Shown: one piece after another, positions 12,652 through 24,600 of the stretch
Position numbering within the stretch: the first letter of the stretch is position 1
Layout of the letters: the number at the start of each line of letters is the position of its first letter
Source of the DNA: Oikopleura dioica
Lineage: Eukaryota > Animalia > Chordata
Assembly: GCA_907165135.1 (NCBI GenBank)
Contig: OU015567.1
Coordinates: 1,488,001 to 1,552,000, forward strand
Direction of reading: 5' to 3'
DNA length: 64,000 nt
Program-made: the position numbers and the translations under genes
Notes under the pieces: model-generated
Told to the model about the DNA's origin: nothing
Databases searched by the model: none
Seen by the model: the letters and a program-made list of their open reading frames with translations, nothing else

Positions 12652-12894
12652 TCATAACAGCTCAGCTCTTGTATGAAAAACTTCTTGCGAAAATTTCCAA
12701 ATATCTTTTTGTTGCCGAGCCCGACGAGATTCAAAGCAGCATCCCGAAATACCATAAAACAAGGCTCCAAGAATGCACAATATTATCGAGATTCTTATGA
12801 CACCAATTGCTATCAAAGTTACTTTCTCAGTGTCACGGATTTCACTTTGCGTGTTTTCGAAACCAGACTTGATTTCTTCGGAGGAAAAGCCCAT
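12652..12894 (-). CDS. Small single-pass membrane protein (paralogue 2)
   Basis: MGFSSEE...IAIGVIRISIILCILGALFYGISGCCFESRRARQ, similar to paralogue 1 (LCILG...GC..S..ARQ/RQAR). Confidence 0.5.
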   Translation of the reverse strand: MGFSSEEIKSGFENTQSEIRDTEKVTLIAIGVIRISIILCILGALFYGISGCCFESRRARQQKDIWKFSQEVFHTRAELL

Positions 12895-14673
12895 TATTCT
12901 CGTTTTCAAAAATTTATAATAAAAAATCTTTTATAAGGAATATTTCATTTGTAATAAGAAATGCGTCATTTCTATAAAGAATCGACAGACAAGCATTAAT
13001 TTTTAAATATAAATAAAAATCTTATTGGTTTCAATTTATCAATCTTAATCAATAATGAGCATTAATCTCTGAGCTTCTAGTCTAGAATAGACTGATCCCT
13101 TGAAAAAAATGCTCCTTAACCTTTTTCGTGAATATTCAACGAAATAAATAGTGGCAGATTTTTTTGTTCATTCAGAACTTAAAATCGTAACTGCCAAAAG
13201 AAGAATCAGTAACATATTGCAAACCTTATCAGCTTCAAAAAAAAGCATGGCAGCGGATTTCATCATTTAATAAAAATTTTGGTAGACGCTCGTTTTCGTA
13301 TTATAAACTCGCGCTTATCTTTTTCCGAGCACGTGTGATTCAATTCAGTTATCGAAAACAAGACCGCGTGAGACACGAATTTTCATCTCAACTTTTAACC
13401 TTGAAAAATAAGCTTTTTATAAACCCTGTTTGTTCCTGTCTCCCCAAGTTCATCTCTTCCTGAAAGCCCCTAAAGCTTATTTTATTGAAAAAAAGCTATC
13501 ACATTTCTGATTCCCTCTGATTCTGTTTTGACCTACTGTTCTGTATCTTGTTTATCAAGTCCTCGCAAAATGAACTCTTTCGGGTGGATTTGGGGAGGTA
13601 ACTCCATCCCCACCTGGATCTTGCGAATCCTTGTCGATGGGACCTTAGTCATCCGACCTTTTCAGGATTAGTAGCGCCAAGGCGTAGCTGAGTACTCGCG
13701 CGTGTTCAGGCGGCGCGCGCGAGCCAAAAGAAGGTACCGCGCGCGGTTTACCGTTCCCGATCCCGGTTATCGTCACGCTCTATTGCCCAAGTAAATACGA
13801 ACAACCCGTTTCTGAAGGGATTTGTTTTGTTGTCTTTTTTATATTGTCGAAGGGGCAGAAGAAGGATCGAGGAAACTAGAGATTTGAATCGTCAATCTTC
13901 AGTTTTTTTTTTGTAAAAAAAGGTATTTTTTCGTCATTTACCGATTTTTTTTGCTCCTCAAACGGATCAATTTCAGAATTTTAAAATAATCAAAAGAAAA
14001 TTTTTGTCAAAAAATTTTTAGAAAAAGGTTGCTTTGTTTTTTCTTCATGAAAAAACCTCTATTTTTGTGCAGTTGGTCTCAGATTTGACCCTTACTTCGG
14101 TCAAAGATTGAGGATATCCGATCGGCCGAGTACCAGATATCGCATAAGTCAAATTTAGCCGCTAAGCCGCCGATCTAAGGCTGTGTAATGTGAAAGGATT
14201 GGCCTTGTAAGAATTTGAATTAAGAAGGTATCATGCTAATTTTCACGATTTTTCTCCCCCTCGGAAACAAAAAGACGGAAAAAAAGCGAAGGGTTAATAT
14301 AATAATTTCCTTTTTGATGAGTTGAAAATGATCTGCTACGAAGAAAGCCGCAGTCTCATCCATAAGCCAAACACTGATCCGGATAGAAACGGCTTCCATC
14401 TCATAACTAAATTTTGATTTGTAAAAACTCCTCGCCGGATTTTCGCTAGATTCCCTACCAGATCATCTCGGTCTGATAACGGCTCAATTAATCAATACCG
14501 TTAATTTATCAGAACTTATTGATATCGAAGAAAGCTCTAAGCTAAAGGGTGTTCATTCGAAAAGAGACGGTTATTTTTTTGTAGTCAGATTAAGGGACTT
14601 TGTTTTCACTGTCTTTATTTCAAGCGATTTTTCTTTTCGAATTCGACATCCTTCTAGACCAGGTCATCGCTGG

Positions 14674-14912
14674 GCTCGACAACCTGTGTTGAAAGCCTGA
14701 GTCAGGGTCTGAAAGAACTGAAATGAAAAGCCGCGCAGCGGCTTTTTCAAAGTCGAAGCCGCAAAGCAGCTTCGCCACAATTTATCATAAATTAAAATGG
14801 AAATATTAGCGAAGCCGCTTAGCGCGGCTTCGTTTTTGAAAAAGCCGCTGCGCAGCTTTTCTTTTCAGTGATTGAAGACCCTGACTCAGGTTTTCTTCAC
14901 AGGCTGCTGAGT
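14674..14912. mobile_element. MITE family A (CCTGAGTCAGG-type terminal inverted repeats)
   Basis: Imperfect TIR of about 37 bp (gctcgacaacctgtgttgaaagcctgagtcagggtct and its inverse) with internal AAGCCGC/GCGGCTT palindromes. Confidence 0.8.
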
Positions 14913-16204
14913 GTAGGGTCAGTGGTCTCCCGGAAGAATGAAGAAAAATTTCTCATTTTTAAATCTTTTGTAGTGACACCCTTATTTGACAAATTAAAAT
15001 AAGGGCGTCGCAGCACTTCGAAAAGATGAAAGCATTTTTGGCCGGAAAATAGATTTGAGTCATAGTTGTTACTTGATTTGTTATTTGTCTTGCTTTGGAA
15101 CTTAGTTCGCGCAACCGAGTTTTGGGGTCACGTGCTTATCGCTCAGCCTGGCAGAGTTTAGAAGGCAGCTTTTGGGTACGGATTCTCCCAGAGAGATTGA
15201 TTTTTCCAAGTTCTTTCTCTGTAAAGAAGTATTCTGTATTCGTAAGCTTCTTTTTCGATGTCAAGAAAGTTCAGAACCTTCTTCTTCTTCAGTTTTTTTC
15301 GGAGTTGAGGTTGAAAGGTAATATAAGCGACTCTTGGCAAGAAACTCAAAAGCCGCTTGTTATCCTGCGTGGACAGTACAATCCCGAAAAAGTCCGAAAA
15401 CGAACAATTTCAGACAGAATAAGATTTTTGCTTTGAAAAAAAGAAATTGAACGAAAAATTCTAAATGCGCATAAATTCACGAAAAAAGCGCGCCTATCCG
15501 GCCCGCAGAAGTTTGATTTTCTTTTTTTTTCTCACGGAATTAATTTTTGAAAATTTTCGAATTTTTAATTAACCGGAAGTGTCGCGCGCCAACGTGCGCT
15601 ACTTTGTATGTTTCGGTAGTAATAAGCTCGGGAAGAGGCAAATCATACGTGCATTGCGACTATGCTGACGAATCCGCTCTAGAATCATAAAAATGAAATT
15701 TTTAATGCTTCTTTTTTAAGAAAAAAAAAAGCATCTTGTACATTTGTCAGATAGAAAAAAATAAGGTCTAGTCGGCATTTACCGAGGTACAGGCCCTTAA
15801 GAACCGCTCGAGTAATTCTTGAGATAATCGAGAATAACCACACACGTGGGCAACCCTTAACACGTCTAACTACAGATAAAACAACGTCCTTCAAAATTTA
15901 AATTCGTGTTTTTTTTTGTTAATTCAAATGGCTCTACCCTTAATTCTACTTTGAGCTATTTTGCTGAGTGGATTTTACGGTATAAAAAAAGAACCTTCTT
16001 TTCGGGAAATTTAAAAGACTTCCTAAATTTACACGGAGTTCGGATTTTATCATTTAGAGGCGCATGCATTCGAGACTTTCCGTTTTGAAGCTTATGCAAG
16101 TGGCCACCTGATGCACGAGTGACTCCTAATCGCCTCGGCGAACTATGGTTCCGTGGGGATACACGTTTTTCTTCATGAATGAAAAATGTCTTAAAAATAA
16201 AAAA

Positions 16205-16302
16205 GAGTCGCTTTGTGGCTTCATTTTTGAAAAAGCCGCTTCGCGGCTTTTCATATTAATACTACAAAACCTGACTCAGGGTTTCTCCACAGGTTGTCGA
16301 GC
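16205..16302. mobile_element. MITE family A, partial copy (right half)
   Basis: aaagccgcttcgcggctttt...cctgactcagggtttctccacaggttgtcgagc. Confidence 0.65.
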
Positions 16303-17905
16303 AAAATATTTGAAAATAAGATGCATTTTTGGATGAAATAAATTGTCGATGATCTATCAATTTTAACATTCTAAAAAATTGTACTTACTCTAAAATTTGC
16401 GCCCTCGAGAGCGTCGGAAAAAGCACTGAAGAGAGTTTGAGTATGAAAAAGGGAGGTAGAATAGAAAGTGGCCGCCTCTTGAGGGGCAACAATTTTCGTT
16501 CTTATTTTGCGGCTTTGATGGACACTTGGCCAGCCGGAGCTGGAACGGTGTGTTCAAGAGCTTGATTTGCCAAAATCGGAAGTTTTTGGTCTTCAAGGAT
16601 TGTTGACTCATCTTTACTGTACTTTTTCTCGCTGTAAAAATGTCGAAGTATTGCTCTCATTTTCGATTGCGCAAATTTTCGACTTCCGCAAATTTTAGAA
16701 CCTTACTAATAGATATTCAAATCGAAATCCCCGGGTCATCCCTTTTTCTGACCCGAGTCTGTCCAGCTCTACGTTGCGGTATTCGACCTACTAGCCCTGT
16801 ACCAGGATCGGGCAATTAGAACACCCATTTTTTAAACTTCGATAAAACAATATTCTTCCTGATTTTGGCTCAAAACCTGTAAATAAAACCTGAGTCAAGT
16901 TTTCAAGGTTTTCTACAAAGGTTACCGAGCCTTGCCCAAAAAAGGTGGAAAATATGAGTAATAAATATTCCTCCCTTTGTGAAACTCGTGGAGAAAAGTG
17001 ACCTCATGCATAACTTTGCCACATCGTTTCTAGTTGTTGTTGACGCCCACAAAAAAACTTCCGTGTCTCCAACTGAAAAGGTTAATTACTTTGGAATGTG
17101 GGCAGCTAATGTCTTTAATCTTCAGAGAATGCGCACCTACAAGTTCAAGTTCGGATTTCTTGCGAAATTTTCGTGAAGCAAAACACCAATTGACTTTTTT
17201 CGCGAAAACGAAAGGGTGTTTCTTTCCGAGTAAAACCGGTAATCGCGTCAAGTTCGAGTTGGTCTTACCGCCTCTACCGGTTAGTCTTTTATTCTCTTTT
17301 CACACTACAATTATGAGAAGACGGAAAGGAAAGACATTTTTCTTTTTGATAAAAAAATTTTCCGTTGAACTAAAAGTTAATTTAAGAAGATGAGTAATCA
17401 AAAATATAAATTCAAAATATGCGGTTTTGGTTCCTTAGCTCGCTCTGATATTCAAAAGAGCAGCATAATTGTTGGGTTAGAATGCACCCGTTATCTGACC
17501 CAACGAAATTGCATTTTTCGGCCCTTCTCTGAAGGATCATAAGGCTGCCGCGAAATTCATGAGCTCAAGTATTTTTGACGTTTGTAATCTGTGAGAAGCA
17601 TTTTTTAATGAAAGGCAATTGAACCGCTTTCTGAGCCTGATTAGTGAGCCAAAAAGGGCTAGAATGCAACATTTTTCACGATGCAAAAAGTTGGAGCGAA
17701 ATTGAGGAGGTGGCCTTTTTTGAGCAGAGCGAGAAAATTGGCTCTTTTCGGCGAAGGTTTAATTTTTTATGCTTTCTTTTTTTTAACAAAAATATAATAA
17801 ATAGTAAAATAATAAAATAATAAATAATAAAGAAATAAAAATAATAACTTATAAAATAATAAAAATAATAGAATAAAAGAATAATTTAAAAATAAAATAA
17901 AAAGT

Positions 17906-18552
17906 TCCGAGCTGGTTTCAGAAACCTGCGTAGAAACCTGAGTCAGGGTCCTTAATTACCCTTAAAATTCGGTAACCGGTGAAAATAATTCGTCGGAACG
18001 AATAATTCGTTTTCCTAACGAATAATTCGTTTTCCTAACGAATAATTCGTTACATACCGAATAATTCGTTGTTTCCAACGAATAATTCGTTTTTAAAACG
18101 AATAATTCGCTTGTTTTTGTTTTCAAGCCTAACCCTAACCCTAACCCATAAACTTAACCCTAACCCTAACTTAGCATAACTAATACCCAACTACTTAAAT
18201 CAGGGTATATATGCGCTCCGCGCCTGATTTCAGAGATAAATAAAGAGCTGTCTTTCTTTCAGCCGCACCTTTAGTCAGTTTTTTTATGAAAAATTGAGTT
18301 GTGAACCAAGGGGAGGACAGCCTTTCAAAACGAATAATTCTGTAACCCTAACGAATTATTCGGTAACCCTAACGAATTATTCGTTTTAAACGAATTATTT
18401 TTACGGAAAATAGCTGTTTTCCCTTGAAAATAATTCGTTAGGGCAACGAATAATTCGTTGCAACGAATTATTTTCACCGGCGACGTAAAATTCTGCGGCT
18501 TTTAGGGCCTCTTTCAGGACCCTGACTCAGGTTTCGACACAGTTTATCCAGC
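17906..18552. mobile_element. MITE family A copy carrying a nested insertion
   Basis: aaacctgagtcagggtcc at about 17935-17951 and ggaccctgactcaggtttc at about 18518-18536 flank the nested element. Confidence 0.7.
17971..18485. mobile_element. Non-autonomous DNA transposon with 8-bp TSD, internal ~20-bp repeats and (CCCTAA)n tracts
   Basis: Perfect 18-bp inverted repeat ccggtgaaaataattcgt (17976-17993 and 18463-18480). TSD taaaattc at 17963-17970 and 18486-18493. Confidence 0.8.
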
Positions 18553-19003
18553 CCAAGTTTTCATATTCCAAGTTTCCGCTAGCAGGGGGTGCATCGTTAA
18601 TCCAAATCCTCGGTCTTCGGAAATAAATGCGGAACTAGAAGTCTGGGAGGGTTCAGAAGTGGCTTATCTCCAAGATCTGTTCGCTATGTTTGATCTATTC
18701 CTGATTTCTTATGCCTAAGCGCCTCGGCTTAGAAATCCGAGCGCAACCCTACATGAGTATTTTTCGGGGGTTACGTGAGCAGAATAAACCGACTTCTAGC
18801 AGGCTCAAGAATCGAGAAAGCTTAAACGATCGTCGATGATCGGGAAGGGCGAACTTCATAATCGAATTAAAACCACGTGAGCAGGAACACAAGCAATGAG
18901 GTTAACTCGTTCACGTTTAGGTGGGGTCAGAATTTGATAATATTTTTTTACAAATTACCTCAAAAATTTGAATCTTGAACTTTAATAATGAAGATTCTGA
19001 GAC

Positions 19004-19102
19004 GGAAATTCTGGAAAATTCTGGAAAAATTTCTGGAAAATTCTTAAAAATTTTGAAAAATTCTGGAAAATTCTTAGAAATTTTGAAAAATTCTGGAAAA
19101 TT
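19004..19102 (+). repeat. 10-bp-period tandem repeat (TTCTGGAAAA-like)
   Basis: About ten degenerate units. Confidence 0.8.
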
Positions 19103-19779
19103 CTGGAAAATTCTGAAAAATTAAGAATTTTGGATCATCAGATGGAGATACAGGGCTGGTACAGGACCAGCAACACATCCACTAAACGACCCTTATAAAC
19201 GAAAAAAGTTCATTCTCTAAATTTTAAATTTGTCAAAACTGTCCGAATCCTGGCAAGCAGCTACTTCCGAATTGAATATTTTCTACCCTTCCGATCAAAA
19301 AATGAATTTCCAAACAAACAAGCCTTCTTTTCGACCTCTTTCCTGAACATGAATTTTTCGTTGGACAATTTTGATTTGAAATAGCCTCTTTACGGGGGTT
19401 ATCAAAAAGACAGTTTTTTTTTGTAACTTGAAACGAGGGGAGTAAGCTTTTCTCTGATTGTGTCTGATTTCTGCCTTAAGAAAACAACAAAAAAGACGTC
19501 ATGATTCTTTGTAGCAAGCTTTAAGAAAGAAGGGAGGCCGCGGAGAAACAAATCTGGTTTCGGCTAATCTCACTGTAACCTTACACTGAAGCCCGACCCG
19601 TGAACTCGCCTTCGCACTAAACAAGTATCGAGATCAACGTGAAATAGCCTTTGAGAGCGGTTGCCTAACCGAGATTTATTAAACCGAAGCTCCTCAAGGG
19701 GGTTAAAATAAGGGGATCGACTTAGAAACAAGATCGTTGCTCCGAGATCCGGTTCTTATGCAACAAAAAGTAATTATGA

Positions 19780-19940
19780 GAAAACCGGAGTCAGGATTTG
19801 AACTGCCCAAATGAAAAGCCGCGCAGCGGCTTTTTTTAAAAACGAAGCCGCGAAGCGGCTTCGCAAATATTTCAAGATTGAAATGATTAATAAAGAAGCC
19901 CTTTCGCGGCTTCGTATTTAGGCTCTTCAGAACTTGACTA
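19780..19940. mobile_element. MITE family A, degenerate copy
   Basis: aaccggagtcagg...aaagccgcgcagcggctttt...gaagccgcgaagcggcttcg. Confidence 0.6.
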
Positions 19941-19944
19941 GAGT

Positions 19945-20160
19945 CATCGAATGAGTCGATCCCGTCATCGATGGAGTCGATTCCGTCATCAAAGAAGTCG
20001 ATCTAGTCATCAAAGAAGTTGATTCCGTCGTCGAAGGAGTCGATCCCGTCATCAAATTTGTCGATCACAGAATTAAACTCGACTTCATTGATCACTAGAT
20101 CGACTCTTTTAATGACGGAATCGACTCCATCGATGACGGGATTGACTCCTTCAATAACGG
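19945..20160. repeat. 21-bp minisatellite that reverses orientation midway
   Basis: Units like gtcgattccgtcatcgaagga run to about 20060, then inverted units (tcgactccatcgatgacggga) run from about 20100 to 20160. Confidence 0.75.
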
Positions 20161-21631
20161 CACCTGGAGGTTTTCTAGGCCGGTTTTCTGCCGAGACCAG
20201 ATTTTGATACTGAAACTTCCGGCTTCGATCGCCAAAATCAACTTGTGGGCGAAAATTAGAAATTTCGGTAAACTACGACTCTTGTGAATTTTTGATGAGA
20301 AAAACGCGTGATGCATTTTGGGCACATGTTATCCGAGCACTTTGTTTGCTTGCACGTAGTTTCATGATATTCCTGATAACGTCATGTTTATCCTCCTCTT
20401 GCTTTCGCTCTAGATTCTAGAGTTCTTGCAGAAAAAACTAGCAAAGAAAAAAAGCTTCTTTCTAAGAAGAAAAAAGTCTGGTTTTTGTTGAAAAACAGAC
20501 AAAAATGGGAAAATAAAGAGCTGGCGGGTTCCGTCGCCCGCGTGAAAAATAGGATCAATGCTTGGCTGAGGGGTTCATCGCATTCGCAGCGAGGTTTTGA
20601 GAATAATCTCTTTGTCCTCTCTTTCTCTTTCGCTGGAACGAATCGCTCTGTGTCAAAACGAGAGTCATTCTAGCGGTCTAAACGGGTTAAACCGTGCCAG
20701 ACGATGGGATAATTAACGCAATTGGCAATTGCCAAATCGCGATCCAAAACGAATGAAAACATCCTGACAACAAATCTTTCTTTTGACTCAAAACTTTTCT
20801 TTTGAAACTATTTTTAGCTCGATTTTAATCAAGATCTCCTTAAAAATACGCTTAATTGGGACTAAACCAATTTTTGGAAGTGGATTTTTTAATAACCAAT
20901 AAGATTGCTGTATTTGGCCAACCGGCCAATCAAATCGCTGATCAATAAAATCACCTCCATAAATTGGTTTTACCCCTTTATTGTTTCTCTCTTCCCTTAG
21001 TCTAGGACTAAGGTGCTTCCAAAGCGAAATAAGGGTGTCACAGCATTAATTTGAAGGTCAGTCTTCACCTTAATCCGACTTCAACAATCAAGGCCTTCTT
21101 CTTTCGGCAGAAAGTGTTTATCATATACGGTATCCTTTCTTGTTCAAATAATGAGCGCTTTCGAGCTGCTTTCTCTGGTCCGGGTTAAATTATCACGTGG
21201 AGTGTACCGTATCGCGTAAAGCTAAAAATGAACGTGCGCTTCGGATTAACCTTACTCTGACCGGTTGAGCTTGATCCAATTTGACCAAAGCTCGACGGCG
21301 CTATTTTCAAAAGATGGGATCGAAGGAGCAAAAAAACATCTGGTTGTTTTGAGGCAGATGTAAATCGAGGAATTCAGGGATAAGGAATGATCTTATCCAA
21401 CCTGATTTGATGAAAAATATAATCCAAAAATCAGTTTTTTTTTACTCAAATCAAAAAAATGCGACGAAAATTCTGATTTTCGGAACAATTTTTTTCTGAA
21501 ATCTGATTGGCTGACCGGCTGATAGGTTAAATCTGATTGGTCTAAAATTGAACCACAATTTTTAAGAAAACCCTTACCCTAACCCTAGGCCTAACCCTAA
21601 TCCTTGTTTCAGAAAACAGCAGAAACCAAAG

Positions 21632-24600
21632 ATGATAGCGCTCATATACTTACTGATGATAACAGTACCTCCTGGCGGCGCCTCCTGTCCTCCGCCTTCA
21701 GAATCAATCAGCTTGGAAAACTTCATCCTCGAAGCGACATCTAGGGCGATCTTTCAGTACTGCATCGCCACGACGCCCAGTTCAGAAGAGCTGGTCCAAA
21801 GTGAAAATGAAATTGGAACTTCTCCAAAACAAGTTGCCGCAAAATATTGCCACTCGAGCGGGCCCATGACTCGATTAGAGGTAACAACAGTCTTTTAGAC
21901 GCGTTTTTCCGCAATTTTTTCATGATGAAAATTTATTAGAAAATTTTCTGCACAGATTTCCTAGCCGAAAATGCAGGTTATTCCAGGAAAAAAAAGCCTC
22001 GAAACCAGACCTTCGAAGCTTTATAAACAATAACTCGGGTAGGCTGCCCGAACATTTGGAAAGCCAAGAAACCGAACTCTCAGCGCAGATTAGTAAAGCT
22101 GTCTTTTTCAGTCGTCGGTGATTGATATTCTGGACGCTGCTGATGACTTTCGACCGACGAAAAAAGGAACGCGGTTTTCAAAAAAAATATTTTAGACCTG
22201 ATTTTCTCGAATAAAATAAGCCCATTTCTCTGGGTAGCAATTTGTAACCGTTGCCGAAGCGGAGCTTGAAGGCTATCACTTCATTATGAGCTTGAGTGAG
22301 CTCGTCAAAACTGGTCATTTTCGATCGGCGAGAAAGAACATCGGACAAGCCCTGGCCAAAGCTCACCGGAAGTTTGTTGAATGCGAAGGAATGGAGTTTG
22401 AACTTTTTATTTCCAAGGAAAAATTAAGAAAGAAACAGGTTCAAACTCTTTCGAAAGACTCGACTTCTCTATTCCGAATTTCCGAAACTCTCTTCGACCA
22501 AGTGCGAGCTACAACTGGCAATTTGAACTTCGCGCATCTAATCGGCATTCGCTCCGTATGTTCCCTCCTTCCATTTCCCTCCCTTATCAATTTCCCCTTT
22601 TTCCAGGTCCAAACACCGACCATCGTCCTCAATCGAAAATTGATCGGCAACAGTGGAATCGAATCCGTGAGCAGAGATGTGGTTGAAATCACGACGGCGA
22701 AACCAGTGGCGATTTTCAACTCAGCGCTAGAACATAGGGTGAAAGCGATGGACTTGGCAGTTTCGAATCACGTGGACATTTCGCACTCGATTTTGTTCAG
22801 AGAAGTCATGAGAGATGCACAGCCTGGATCAACCGTTTTCATTGGTTAGTAAATAGAGGCTTTTGATTGGCTCAAAAATCTTTTACCGAATTTCTATTGG
22901 ATAAAACTTAACTGGATAAAGAAAGATTTCAAATGACAATGAAAATGAAGAAAAAAGCCGCAAGCGGCATTTTGAAAAAAAGTAATTGAAGAAAATATTT
23001 TCGTCTCTATTGAACATATCTTTATGTTTCCACGACATAAAGTTCCGAAGCAATCGGTTTTTGCGAGGAATCCATTTCCTGGCTTGGAATTTCCGCATGT
23101 CCGCAAAAATCACCAAGGGCAGAAACTCAATCGCCACTTGCGTAATGGACAGGATCCGATTGTTCTTGACTTTCGGATACTCAAATCTTTTACAATGGAA
23201 GTTGTTTCTAGTGCCAACTGGGGGGTTATTGAACGGAAAGCTTCCTGGACAGCTCAGGGAATAAGAAATAACGATTCGTTTCAGTGACGTCTTCAAGAGT
23301 TCCCTCGATCAATGAAGATTTCATGTCCGCGATCGGCGCTGCCCAGGCTAGTAAAATTAAAATTTCGATAATTGCTTTAGATGACGAGCAGAGCATCGGC
23401 GGCCGCTCCCTCGAGCTCTACCGCGTCCTGGCTAAATTTACGAACGGGCGGCTCTACCGCATCGCCTCAGCCGATTTATCGCATGTCGTGCCCTTAATCG
23501 AGCTCAGCTTGACAGAGGGACAAGCATCTGTCCTCTCCCGAGCCTCGAACAAAGATTCTGCCTCGTACCACGTGTCACTTGATTCAACCCTAAAGAGTTT
23601 AACCATTGAAGCTTTTTGTATCGGCGGCGGGTCGCCTAAAGTCGTTCTCGAGTCGCACGACCTTTTACCACTAGTGAACTCTGATTCCCTCGATTTTTCT
23701 TTCTTTCTTGTTCGGGAAATCAATATCGGACGGTACGCCCTTAATATTACTTGTCCATCGAAAGGGGTAAGCGTAGAAGTAAGGGGAGAAACATCAGTTC
23801 AATTTCGAGTCATGAACACTGATGATTCCGGTCTCGTAGTAAAATCTCTCTCGCTCGAGAAAAACGCGAAAATCGAGAAGACAACGATCAAGCAGGGCCA
23901 TACTCGCCAGCATTTTGCTGTTCTCGAAGATTTGAATCAATCCGTCCGTCTGAAGAAATCCGGCTCTTTGATAACCCTACCAGAGGAAGACGACGATGAG
24001 CTACCCTTTTTCCCTGATTTCATTATTCCCAAAGCGCTCGACTTGTCGATCATTCCTCAACTCGCGCAGGTTGATGCAACGGGAGATAATGGCGAAGAAA
24101 TTCATCGAGAAGAGAAGCAGTTTCTCTCGCATATAAAAGTAGAAGGAGATGTTACCAATATGGACTTTCAGCCTGGCGAAACTGCGACGATAAGACTTCG
24201 GTATGAAAATTTCATCTTTTTACTTGTCAAGTCTTAGTTCTAGAATCTAGATTGTCAAAACCATAAGGGTCCCTTTTTGGTGTCAATATATACAATATAA
24301 TATTCGGGTTTAAGTGAAATAAAATTAATAAGATTAACACCGCAATTATTACGCTCCTGACTAAACCGACAAATATTATAAATTTTAAGATTTCTTATTT
24401 TAATAATAAATTATTGAATATTCAGAGTTCACAATCGGAAAACCCTCCTCCATCTGACCGCCACCGACTTCGAAGGCTGGGTATCTTCCATCACGCCGAC
24501 CTCAACTAGTCCTGAAGATGAATACACCTCCGTTGAAATCCTTGTCACCGCCCCCAACGACGTCAAAATCGGCTCCGAAACTTCCATCACCGTTACCGCT

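Noticed and set aside
13570-13810. GC-rich hairpins suggesting a ribozyme or known ncRNA
   Set aside because: No hammerhead (CTGATGA/GAAA), HDV, twister, snRNA, SL RNA, 5S or RNase P signature was found by eye.
17999-18110. Regularly spaced CGAATAATTCGT repeats resembling a CRISPR array
   Set aside because: The period is about 20 bp with spacers of about 8 bp that are partly identical. There are no cas genes and the context is eukaryotic. They lie inside a TSD-flanked transposon.
18128-18170. CTAACCCTAA as a possible telomerase RNA template or chromosome end
   Set aside because: Short degenerate tracts inside a transposon, with similar tracts elsewhere in the window. No supporting structure.
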